The notes under the pieces are model-generated. The model searched no databases. It saw nothing but the letters and a program-made list of their open reading frames with translations, and was not told the DNA's origin. From an uncultured Lachnospiraceae bacterium (lineage in GTDB: Bacteria > Bacillota > Clostridia > Lachnospirales > Lachnospiraceae), in the NCBI GenBank assembly GCA_964481705.1, contig CAYZUC010000003.1, forward strand, positions 608 through 64,607: DNA of 64,000 nucleotides, given 5' to 3'. How positions within the stretch are numbered: position 1 is the stretch's first letter; each line of letters begins with the position of its first letter. Of this stretch, positions 9,870 to 18,594 are shown piece after piece. The position numbers were made by a program, and so were the translations under genes.

Positions 9870-10715
9870 TTAATCCAAATACTTTGAAAAATCACGAATA
9901 ATCTCTGCCTTCTTTTGATCAACTGCGGTAGAGGATATCCCGTACATGCTCTTGATCTGATCGATATCAACAGCAAGTTTTTCCTTGAGATTTAACGGTT
10001 CCGGCGAACAGGAAAAAGAGGAATAGTAATCATCAAACTTAAATCCGTCTCCTGCAAGCTTGTCGGTAAGAATCACTCGCTGATTGGGAATTCCAAAGCT
10101 GTCAGCAATAATCAATCCATGCAGACTACTAGATACGATACAGGAGCACTCCGCTATCTTCTTAAGCGCCTCCATGGGCTCCATAGAGACATCGATGATA
10201 GTGCTTCCCGGAATTTTCTCCTGTAACATGGCATATTCCGGCTCTTCCTTTTCTCTCTGATGTGGAATAATTCCAAGAGAGTATTTCTTTCCTGGTTTCT
10301 CAGACAGCAGGTCTGCCGCCAACAATCCACCGTCTCCAAGAGAGCATTCTATTGGTTTTCCCAATATCTCTTCAATCCTCTCTTTACTAAGTCGTCCACG
10401 TACAGAAGCAATCCTCAAATGACTTCTGGTAGGAACCTCTAGTACTGTACCGTAGCGTATAAATCCCGCTGACCACAGCTGACAGGGTCGGTAAGAGCAA
10501 AGTCCGGTAAGCTTCTTTCGAAACCCTTCCTTTGAAGAAAAAATATCCTTCCTTGGCATAAAAAATCGGCGTAACCCACTTCCTATTCCGCTTGTTTCAC
10601 ATTCATTCCATTCTGCGTGTTCTACTTGATAACCAATGATGTTCTCAATAATCAAGGGATTTATCGCATCCCCAATATTGTCGCGGACACTATAGCATAC
10701 TTTAACCTTCTTCAT
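9870..10715 (-). CDS. Polysaccharide pyruvyl transferase family protein (CsaB/WcaK-like)
   Basis: 281 aa with an N-terminal RDNIGDAINPLII and a C-terminal SSSLHGLIIADSFGIP, both typical of the pyruvyl transferase family. Confidence 0.75.
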   Translation of the reverse strand: MKKVKVCYSVRDNIGDAINPLIIENIIGYQVEHAEWNECETSGIGSGLRRFFMPRKDIFSSKEGFRKKLTGLCSYRPCQLWSAGFIRYGTVLEVPTRSHLRIASVRGRLSKERIEEILGKPIECSLGDGGLLAADLLSEKPGKKYSLGIIPHQREKEEPEYAMLQEKIPGSTIIDVSMEPMEALKKIAECSCIVSSSLHGLIIADSFGIPNQRVILTDKLAGDGFKFDDYYSSFSCSPEPLNLKEKLAVDIDQIKSMYGISSTAVDQKKAEIIRDFSKYLD

Positions 10716-11394
10716 ATTTCTCCGTATATTCCTTCCAAAAGATTTCTGTATTTTCTTCCGGTGACTCTGTCATCGAAATTGTGAAACTGTCCTGTGTTGT
10801 GAGGGAAGAACGTAAATAATCCAGATTCTCCTGTTTTACGTTAAGCGTACGCAGCAGTTGTTCTTCATCCAGCCTGCAATATCGGTCATTCTCACGATTA
10901 CGTGCTTTCAGTCTGCGGATATCTTCTTCCAAGGGAACCCTGCAATCCACAATAACATACTTATCAATACAGCTGATCAGTTTTCTGACCTGGTCCTTTG
11001 TGAGCAGCTTTTCGTCTATAAGAACATCGTACGGAATCGATGACAGATACTGCAATATCCCTTCATCAAGCAGTACGACTGCTTTCGCCTTCTTGCCACA
11101 AACAACAAGAAGCCTTGCATATAATTCCAAAAGAGTCCTCATAAAGTATTCTCTCTTCTTATCATACGGAAAATCGGAATAAAATCGCTGAATCCTATCT
11201 ACATTATTACGAATAGACGGTTTTATCCGTTGTATCTGAAAGCTAAGAAAAGCACCACGAAATAAGGGACCATCCTTCATAATCTCTTCAAATGTGTAAA
11301 CTTGATATCCCTCTTTTTCAAATCTCTGCTTCACAAGGGCAAGAAGTGTACTTTTTCCGCAGCCCGGAAGTCCTGATAACTCAACAATCTGCAT
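10702..11394 (-). CDS. P-loop NTPase/kinase-like protein of unknown function
   Basis: I start it at the internal ATG (MQIVELSGLPGCGKSTLLALV), which follows the ABC exporter stop at 11402. The longer track ORF would overlap that gene. It has Walker A GLPGCGKST and a possible Walker B VVLLDEG. I recognise no further family. Confidence 0.6.
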   Translation of the reverse strand: MQIVELSGLPGCGKSTLLALVKQRFEKEGYQVYTFEEIMKDGPLFRGAFLSFQIQRIKPSIRNNVDRIQRFYSDFPYDKKREYFMRTLLELYARLLVVCGKKAKAVVLLDEGILQYLSSIPYDVLIDEKLLTKDQVRKLISCIDKYVIVDCRVPLEEDIRRLKARNRENDRYCRLDEEQLLRTLNVKQENLDYLRSSLTTQDSFTISMTESPEENTEIFWKEYTEKYEEG

Positions 11395-11401
11395 ACCATC
11401 C

Positions 11402-13216
11402 TCACTCCTGCGTCCCAAACACTTCTTCCTTGGAACGTTCCTCTGCTTTTCCACCGGTAATCTCATAAATACGGTCACAGCTCTTAATCGTAGTCAGGCG
11501 ATGAGCCACAATAATTAATGTCTTATGTCCCTGTAATGTCTCGATGGATTCCATAACAGCGCTCTCGGTCTCACCATCCAAGGCTGAAGTTGCCTCATCC
11601 AGTACGAGAATCTCCGGATTGTAATATAAAGCACGCGCAATCGCAACCCTTTGTCTCTGTCCACCAGAGAATTTCACACCTCGTTCTCCTACAATGGTAT
11701 CAATCCCCTTCGGTAGTGAACGTACAAACTCTGCAAGTTGTGATTGTTCCAACGCTTCCCACACCTTATCATCGTCAATTTCCTCCGGCAGTAAGCCAAA
11801 GGAGACATTATTTCGAATGGTATCATCGGTAAGGAAAACGGACTGCGGTACATAACCAATCATGCGAGCCCACTCTCTTGGAATCGCATAGATGTCCTTT
11901 CCGTCTACCTGAATGCTGCCTTCTTTTGGTGGAAGCAATCCAAGAATGATATCGGCAAGCGTTGTTTTTCCTGCACCGGAGGCTCCGATCAAAGCGACCG
12001 ATTCACCATGATGAATGGTAAGAGACAATCCATCCAGTACGTTATAATCACTATTGTTATAACGCCACACGATCTCGTTAATTGCTATCTCCTTTTCAAA
12101 GCTGCAGGTCTTGGGATCAATTTCTGTCTTCTCTGTAATTCCCTTTTTTGAAGAATACTCTAATCGATACTTCTCATACTCACGTGCCGCTACAATATTT
12201 TCATAGGCTTCCTGCAGCGTTGGACGATAAAACACAAGTCCTGATATGTAGCTGGAGATGTTCGCAACAGAGGGAAGAATCTTAAAGGCGGCTACCGCAA
12301 ATACCCCAAGCTGTGGTACAAAGCTCTGAATATCCACTCCCTGAACGATACGAAAGCATACGACTCCCATAATTCCACCGATGCATACTGCCTCCACAAT
12401 ACGATTGGGGCAGGCAACAATGAAGTTGTAGGCAAGATTTGTCTGTCTTTTTAAGTCAGCCGCCTCATCATACTGAGTCACAAAATTATCGTTCCGCTTC
12501 ATAACGGTAATTTCCTTGATTCCGTTAATTGCCTGATATGCATGTTTGCTACAGTATTTTGCTGCTTCTCTCTGTTTATTACCCATATCACGCATGATAC
12601 CCTTAAAGCCAAAAGTAACAGCCAGCAGACAGATGCCTGCCAGACCCACTACCCCTACCGCCATAAATGTGTCCGATATAAGCAGAAAAACAGCAATCGC
12701 TGCACAGGTCAAGGTCTCGGCTAACAGCTTGAATATATTCGAAATAATGTTAAATACGCCATTTACATCCGTATTTACACCACGAATAATATCTGCACTG
12801 TTGTGCTCAAGAAAGAATGTATACGGCCGTTTCATATATGAGCGAAGCATCAGAGTCGCCAATTCACGGTTGATTGAGGAATTCAGTCGATTCTGTTCAT
12901 AAACAGAAAATAAAATGACTGCATTTTTAACGATATATAAAACCACGATACAAAGTGCAAGAACCACCAGAAGGTTCTGGCTTCCTTTGATATGAAGTAC
13001 ATGAATCAATATATTTCCATACCAGGACTGTTGCATCTTTTCCGGTTGCATAACCATCTGTAGAAAAGGAAGCATAACCGATACTCCCAACATTTCAAAC
13101 ATAGAACCGACCAAAATACAAAAGAAAACGAAAGCACATTTCTTCTTCTGTCTGGTGTCGAGTACAATCAACAGTTGCCTAATCATTTGTAATAGTGTCT
13201 TAATATTCTGATACAT
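11402..13216 (-). CDS. Fused TMD-NBD ABC exporter (MsbA/PglK-like candidate glycolipid or polysaccharide exporter)
   Basis: The start MYQNIKTLLQ at 13216 has a GGAGG RBS and lies just after the upstream stop at 13219. It has a six-TM region, Walker A GASGAGKTTL, signature FSGGQRQRVAIARAL and Walker B ILVLDEATSALD. Confidence 0.85.
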   Translation of the reverse strand: MYQNIKTLLQMIRQLLIVLDTRQKKKCAFVFFCILVGSMFEMLGVSVMLPFLQMVMQPEKMQQSWYGNILIHVLHIKGSQNLLVVLALCIVVLYIVKNAVILFSVYEQNRLNSSINRELATLMLRSYMKRPYTFFLEHNSADIIRGVNTDVNGVFNIISNIFKLLAETLTCAAIAVFLLISDTFMAVGVVGLAGICLLAVTFGFKGIMRDMGNKQREAAKYCSKHAYQAINGIKEITVMKRNDNFVTQYDEAADLKRQTNLAYNFIVACPNRIVEAVCIGGIMGVVCFRIVQGVDIQSFVPQLGVFAVAAFKILPSVANISSYISGLVFYRPTLQEAYENIVAAREYEKYRLEYSSKKGITEKTEIDPKTCSFEKEIAINEIVWRYNNSDYNVLDGLSLTIHHGESVALIGASGAGKTTLADIILGLLPPKEGSIQVDGKDIYAIPREWARMIGYVPQSVFLTDDTIRNNVSFGLLPEEIDDDKVWEALEQSQLAEFVRSLPKGIDTIVGERGVKFSGGQRQRVAIARALYYNPEILVLDEATSALDGETESAVMESIETLQGHKTLIIVAHRLTTIKSCDRIYEITGGKAEERSKEEVFGTQE

Positions 13217-13218
13217 AT

Positions 13219-14226
13219 CTATGCCTCCGAAGCTTTCTTTACATAATAGTATAGGTGAAGGATTCGCTCGCATTTCATTTTAACGAGACGATACAACAGC
13301 AAATAATAGCTCCCCAGCAGCTCCTTCGTTGCATAGGGAGATGCCTTTCGAAATATATCACTTTTTCGAATCCTTGTAAGTACTTCTTTCTTTTTCTGAT
13401 AAGAACACGAAGCCTGTAAAAGACGAATCATACGGGGAATCATGCTCTTCAGATAATTCTGATAGCACTTCTTTTCCCTGGCCGGATCTAACAGACCTGC
13501 TCCCTCCAATACCAATAGACTATATTCTGCAGGACATCCAATATCATACGCTGTCTCAGGGCGAAATCCATGTGACAGGCTTGTACTGCGAATACGATAA
13601 TGATACAAAGCTTCCTGATAGTATACCCCCTTCTTCACCTGAACAAGAAGAGGAAACAACTGCATCTTGTCAAGACCTACACGAACGTCTCCATAACGCT
13701 CATAATCCCTTCTGCTCTGCTCCCATACCTGTCTCCGAAAAACCTTGTTACACAAAGAATGATTCGTATACTCCAATACGAAATCAATGATTACCTGCTG
13801 CTCAAGAATCGTTCCTGAAGAGATCGGGCAGGTCCAGCAGTCCTCTTTCCTATCTCCAAAGGTGTCAATATCAAACAATACCATATCAACATCATTCTTT
13901 TGAAACCAGTCCAGACATTTTTCCAGCAAATCCGGTGCAAGTAAATCATCTGCATCCATGATATAAAAGTAATCTCCCTGCAAATGAAGAAGCCCCTCAC
14001 GTCTGGCAAGCAATGCACCGCGACATTCACCGCAAATATACCGAATACGTGAATCCTTTTTTGCATATTGCTGACAGATATCACCCGTGCTGTCTGTAGA
14101 ACCATCATTCACCAGAAACAATTCAAAATTGGGGTATGTCTGAGCAAGAACAGAGTCCAAGCAGGCCCCGATATCCTTTTCATCATTATGTGTTGCAATA
14201 ATAATACTATACTTTTCCTCTGACAA
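13219..14226 (-). CDS. Glycosyltransferase family 2
   Basis: 335 aa with YSIIIATHNDEKDIGACLDSVLAQTY, LVNDGSTDSTG and MDADDLL. Confidence 0.9.
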   Translation of the reverse strand: MSEEKYSIIIATHNDEKDIGACLDSVLAQTYPNFELFLVNDGSTDSTGDICQQYAKKDSRIRYICGECRGALLARREGLLHLQGDYFYIMDADDLLAPDLLEKCLDWFQKNDVDMVLFDIDTFGDRKEDCWTCPISSGTILEQQVIIDFVLEYTNHSLCNKVFRRQVWEQSRRDYERYGDVRVGLDKMQLFPLLVQVKKGVYYQEALYHYRIRSTSLSHGFRPETAYDIGCPAEYSLLVLEGAGLLDPAREKKCYQNYLKSMIPRMIRLLQASCSYQKKKEVLTRIRKSDIFRKASPYATKELLGSYYLLLYRLVKMKCERILHLYYYVKKASEA

Positions 14227-14228
14227 CT

Positions 14229-15497
14229 TTACAACCTCTCTATCATAGAAGCAAATTCTTTGTAATTCTTTTCGGCATCAAACCGTTCTTCCCACCGCTT
14301 ACGCGCATTCTTTCCCATGCTTTCCCGCTCCTGCACGCTTAACTCACAAAAGGTAACAAATGCAGCGGCGGCCTGTTCAGGCGTCGGATCTGCCGGCAGA
14401 AGAATTCCACAGGTATCATCTACAATCTCGGTGACCCCACCCACATTCGTCGTGATAACAGGCATCCCATAAGCAAAGGCTTCCATCATGCTGACAGGAA
14501 TTCCTTCTGTGGATGACATGGATAGGAAAGCATCATACTTCCCCTGCTTATAGCTCTCGTGAATCTGTTCGTTTGACACAAAGCCAGCAAAGGAATAGTG
14601 TATATTCTCTTTCTCGTCAAGCTTTTCCTTCGCAAGCTTTTCCAACTCTTCCTCCAACTCACCAATGCCATAATGTGTCCAATTGATCTGCTGGGATACT
14701 ACTCTCGATAAAGCTTCGATAAGTAATGCCACTCTTTTTAATGGAATCAGATGCGAACAGCTCACAAAATGAATTCCCTCATGCGCTTGTTCCTTACTTC
14801 CGTCTCCTCCATGTGTCCCAAGATAGCAAAGTTCATAACGACTCTTATGCTCCTCTGTCCCATAATGAGAAAGAAAGTACTCTCTCCCCATTTGGCTGAT
14901 AAAACAGATCTTGTCCACCATCCCGTCCATTTGCCGCAAATATGGCTGATAACCATTCTTGCGACGTTCCTCATATAAATCACAGCCATGTACTCTTGTG
15001 ATGATGTGAATCCTGCGGTGTCTATTGTTTCTTCGGCAAATCTCTGCAGCCAGAGTGCCACCGTCAAACCAATAGGTATAAAAAACAATGTCATCCTTAG
15101 AGTCAATAGCCGATATCACATGCTCCAAGGTACGCGCCGTACGCAAAGCAACTGCATAAAGGAAAACTGCTTCTGCAGCATTTTGCATAAAATGAGGCTT
15201 ATGACTGGCACGCAATATGGCTATCTCATGATAAAAGGTTCCGGAAAAAAGAGCTTTCCATAAGCCCAAAATGTTCTCCATACGACTGTTCTTCACATGG
15301 GAAACCTTAATGCCCTTCGGTATCGTGGTATAAACCTGTCTTTTCTCGTTGTCACTCAGCTCCCCCACATCGGCACGAGATACAATCTGTACCGGGAAAC
15401 GGCTGCATAGAAACGGAAGTTCCGGACCAATAAAGGACTGTTCGTCCTTTCCATATGGATATGACGCGGTAATTAAAATGACCTGTTTCATAAGCAT
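14229..15497 (-). CDS. Glycosyltransferase family 4 (GT-B fold)
   Basis: 422 aa with the C-terminal motif STEGIPVSMMEAFAYGMPVITTNVGG (EX7E-like). Confidence 0.85.
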   Translation of the reverse strand: MLMKQVILITASYPYGKDEQSFIGPELPFLCSRFPVQIVSRADVGELSDNEKRQVYTTIPKGIKVSHVKNSRMENILGLWKALFSGTFYHEIAILRASHKPHFMQNAAEAVFLYAVALRTARTLEHVISAIDSKDDIVFYTYWFDGGTLAAEICRRNNRHRRIHIITRVHGCDLYEERRKNGYQPYLRQMDGMVDKICFISQMGREYFLSHYGTEEHKSRYELCYLGTHGGDGSKEQAHEGIHFVSCSHLIPLKRVALLIEALSRVVSQQINWTHYGIGELEEELEKLAKEKLDEKENIHYSFAGFVSNEQIHESYKQGKYDAFLSMSSTEGIPVSMMEAFAYGMPVITTNVGGVTEIVDDTCGILLPADPTPEQAAAAFVTFCELSVQERESMGKNARKRWEERFDAEKNYKEFASMIERL

Positions 15498-15529
15498 TCC
15501 TATCTGTGTATTTCACACTTTGCTATCTC

Positions 15530-16426
15530 TCAATATTTATGAAAAATCCGTTCCAAAATACCTTTCAGAAATGTATAAATGCAACGCATATTATGAGGGA
15601 AATAAAGAAAAGACCCCATAAGCATTCGAAAAGCATCCGGAATATGCTGTCTTTTCGCCGCCTCGTTAATCATAACACTGACAAATTGCATTCTTGCCCT
15701 TGGATACTTATCATAAAGCTCACGGTACTTATCGAGTAACTGATTCCATCCCGTCATCCGTCGTTCAAAGCTCCCAGTGATGGACAAGCTGCCGACATAG
15801 TAAACAGAAAGGGTCTCATCCACATATGCTGTCTGATGAGCAGCCGCCATACGAATCCAAAGGTCATAATCCTGTGATGATGGAAAATTCGAGTCAAACA
15901 TTCCTGCTTCTTTCACCATCGACAAATTCATAAGTGGAACCGAACAACCACCAATGAAATTGCTACCCAGTAGAGGTTCCAGAATATCCCCCTCGTAAAA
16001 CTGTTTTCTCTTATCCGGTTTAATATCTATCGTATCTGATTTTACAACAAAGTTGGAATAGACCAGACCAATTCCGTCTCTCATGGCAGCAACTTGTTTC
16101 TCCAGCTTTGTGGGTAACCACTCATCATCATCATCCAAAAGAGCCAGATATCTTCCGGTTGCCTTGCTGATTCCAAGATTTCTCGATGCGCATGCACCCT
16201 TCCGCTCCAAATTAGACAGGAAAAGTACCTCATGTCCCTTACAGCTCCTACCACAGAACGTACGCTCCAGCTCTTCCGTATTACAGCTGGCGTCATTAAC
16301 AACAATCAACTCTATCTGTGAATACGTCTGATTTTCCACACTCGAGACTGCACGCATCAACACATCTTTTGGTCGGTCACAGGTCGTAATCACGACGGAT
16401 ACGACTGCTGTATTACTCTCTCGCAT
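15530..16426 (-). CDS. Glycosyltransferase family 2
   Basis: 298 aa with VSVVITTCDRP, VVNDAS and LLDDDDEW. Confidence 0.9.
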   Translation of the reverse strand: MRESNTAVVSVVITTCDRPKDVLMRAVSSVENQTYSQIELIVVNDASCNTEELERTFCGRSCKGHEVLFLSNLERKGACASRNLGISKATGRYLALLDDDDEWLPTKLEKQVAAMRDGIGLVYSNFVVKSDTIDIKPDKRKQFYEGDILEPLLGSNFIGGCSVPLMNLSMVKEAGMFDSNFPSSQDYDLWIRMAAAHQTAYVDETLSVYYVGSLSITGSFERRMTGWNQLLDKYRELYDKYPRARMQFVSVMINEAAKRQHIPDAFRMLMGSFLYFPHNMRCIYTFLKGILERIFHKY

Positions 16427-17607
16427 AGCTCTTTGTACTCCTTACCAATAATCTCCATTCCAAACTCTTTTTTCGTAAGTCTGGAGATTTCTGTATAATT
16501 ACTCTGTTCTACACTCCAACGTATCCCCGCCTGAAGATCCGCTTTATCAAAGGGAGCGGCCAGATATCCATTTTCCTTATGGTGTATCATGTCCTTCATA
16601 CCGCCAACCGCGAATGCAGTTACCGGAATACCACAGGAAAGCGCCTCCGTAACGGCATTGGACAAATTCTCCTGACGTGACGGAATAACGTAAACATCCG
16701 CCAGATTATATATCTCTGCCATGTCAGATGGGGAAGAAATACTCCCTAATCCATGAATCTTCATCTTCTGATCGGGAAGAGCTACTTTTCCATCTCCCCC
16801 CACAATAAGCAGTTCATAATAGGTTTCATCCAAACCCTTTATCGATTCTGACAACAGGTCAAAGCCCTTACGGCTGTCCCCCGGAATCATGGCACTAAAC
16901 AGAATCAACTTTTTGGTGGGATGTATGCCATACTTCCTACGCAGGCCTTCGCGTTCCATGGGGTGAAAGATATCGGTATTAACCGGATTCTTGATACAAA
17001 TAATCTTCTGTGTACCTAGCAGATGACTGGAGCGGGCACAATCCGTAATCCATTCACTACATCCAATCACAGTGACGTTGTTCCATTTATGTGAAAACAA
17101 TGCTTCTTTTCTTCTCATGATTCTTCGTGAGAGATCCTTATCCCTCTTTGCTCCCAGTATGGGGCACCTGCCACAACGTTCACGGTACCGACCACACTCA
17201 CCATCATAATGACAGCCTCCCGTAAAAAGCCACATATCATGCATAACACATAGGACAGGTTTTCCGGTATTAAAAAAACGTTCCATCATGCGATAGGATA
17301 AAAAGGAATTCACCCAATGCAGGACATATACATCCGCCTCCTGAATCTCAGGAACATTTAAAAGATTCTTACCAAGGGGATCATTAATAATGTCACCCTT
17401 GGAAGCAAGTAGGTTTACATAATTCCTCGCGCGTGACAAAAACAAACGAAACCCGGTATTCATGACCGGCACGACATCCTCGTCACTATTCTTTTCTCGA
17501 ACTACTACAACCGATTCCATTCCCTGCTGTCTCATACTCAGACTGATATTAGCAGCAGCACGATAGGCACCACCATAATCGGTTGTTGTTAAATGTACTA
17601 TTTTCAT
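16390..17607 (-). CDS. Glycosyltransferase family 4 (GT-B fold)
   Basis: 405 aa with PSRQENLSNAVTEALSCGIPVTAFAVGG. It overlaps the next gene by 37 nt, suggesting translational coupling. Confidence 0.85.
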   Translation of the reverse strand: MKIVHLTTTDYGGAYRAAANISLSMRQQGMESVVVVREKNSDEDVVPVMNTGFRLFLSRARNYVNLLASKGDIINDPLGKNLLNVPEIQEADVYVLHWVNSFLSYRMMERFFNTGKPVLCVMHDMWLFTGGCHYDGECGRYRERCGRCPILGAKRDKDLSRRIMRRKEALFSHKWNNVTVIGCSEWITDCARSSHLLGTQKIICIKNPVNTDIFHPMEREGLRRKYGIHPTKKLILFSAMIPGDSRKGFDLLSESIKGLDETYYELLIVGGDGKVALPDQKMKIHGLGSISSPSDMAEIYNLADVYVIPSRQENLSNAVTEALSCGIPVTAFAVGGMKDMIHHKENGYLAAPFDKADLQAGIRWSVEQSNYTEISRLTKKEFGMEIIGKEYKELCERVIQQSYPS

Positions 17608-17636
17608 GAGTTTGTTTCCTTTGCACAGATAGAGTT

Positions 17637-17665
17637 AGTATACCATGATACCGTAAAAAGAACAA
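17637..17665 (-). promoter_or_regulatory. Candidate sigma-A promoter for the glycosyltransferase operon of locus A
   Basis: The minus strand reads TTGTTC, a 17-nt spacer, then TGGTATACT (extended -10). It lies about 30 nt upstream of the ATG at 17607. Confidence 0.5.
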
Positions 17666-17707
17666 TTGCATCCGTATAAGAATTCCTTCTGCGCACATGG
17701 TTGATCC

Positions 17708-18523
17708 TTAATCCTTTATCTGTCGCCCCTCATGATCCATATGATAGTTATCCTTATGAATCAATTCCGATAATGGAACGATCGAGTATCCCTGTTCCTT
17801 AAGACTCATAATAACCTGTTCCAACGCCTGAGATGTATACTTCGCCCCATTATGACAAAGGATAATACTTCCATTTCCCAGATGTTTGTGTTCGGTTACC
17901 GTCTTAACAATGGATTCTGCGCCATAATCCTTCCAATCCAGAGAATCCACATCCCACTGTATACTGTAATAGCCGCATGCGTCCGCATTTTTTATGACAT
18001 GATTGTCATATGCTCCATAGGGTGGTCGAAAAAGCTCCATTTCTACACCTGTTAATTCCTTGACCTTATTATGTACATCCAGAAGTTCCTTTTTGCATTG
18101 TTCATCTGACAATTGTGTCATATCCTTATGATTTTCACTATGATTACCCAAATCATGTCCTGCTGCCTGTATTGCCTTCACATCCTCCGGATACTCCTGA
18201 ACCCATCCTCCGGTCATAAAGAATGTGACATGTATGTCATTTTGTTTTAATATATCCAAAATTTCCTTTGTATCCTCATTTCCCCATGCCGCATCAAAGG
18301 TAAGTGCAACCTTCTTCTCATCGGTACCAACACAGTATATGGGAAGCTCTCTTCCATCTACGCTGCTGCTTACCGTTACACTGTCAGAATACTTCATTCC
18401 AATTGCTACCGTTATCATAAGTAAGGTAAACCAGAAAAATCCACATTTTAAAATACGCACACCGGTTTCTGTCAGAACCTCAATGGTATCATTATGTAAT
18501 AGGCCTTCCCCATTTCTTTGCAT
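17708..18523 (-). CDS. Polysaccharide deacetylase (NodB homology domain, PdaB-like), membrane anchored
   Basis: 271 aa with the TM helix FFWFTLLMITVAI, then LTFDAAWGNEDT, TFFMTGGW and GHDLGNHSENH. NodB motif 1 reads TFDA rather than TFDD. Confidence 0.85.
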   Translation of the reverse strand: MQRNGEGLLHNDTIEVLTETGVRILKCGFFWFTLLMITVAIGMKYSDSVTVSSSVDGRELPIYCVGTDEKKVALTFDAAWGNEDTKEILDILKQNDIHVTFFMTGGWVQEYPEDVKAIQAAGHDLGNHSENHKDMTQLSDEQCKKELLDVHNKVKELTGVEMELFRPPYGAYDNHVIKNADACGYYSIQWDVDSLDWKDYGAESIVKTVTEHKHLGNGSIILCHNGAKYTSQALEQVIMSLKEQGYSIVPLSELIHKDNYHMDHEGRQIKD

Positions 18524-18567
18524 AAAAAACCCCGCATATATGAATTCACCATTAGTATATGCGGGTG
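18524..18567 (-). terminator. Intrinsic terminator-like hairpin after the GH2 gene; its U-tract abuts the next start codon
   Basis: A 10-bp stem (CCCGCATATA at 18531-18540 pairing with TATATGCGGG at 18556-18565) has a 15-nt loop. On the minus-strand RNA it is followed by G-UUUUUU and then directly by the AUG at 18523. Confidence 0.6.
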
Positions 18568-18594
18568 TTTATCGTTTGTTCCTATCGTTTGTTC

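Noticed and set aside
10702-11478. The longer 258-aa version of the P-loop ORF, and the 623-aa version of the ABC exporter ORF (to 13273).
   Set aside because: Both extensions overlap the 3' end of the upstream gene by 50-77 nt and encode non-conserved-looking sequence. Internal ATGs at 11394 and 13216 have an RBS and lie just after the upstream stops.
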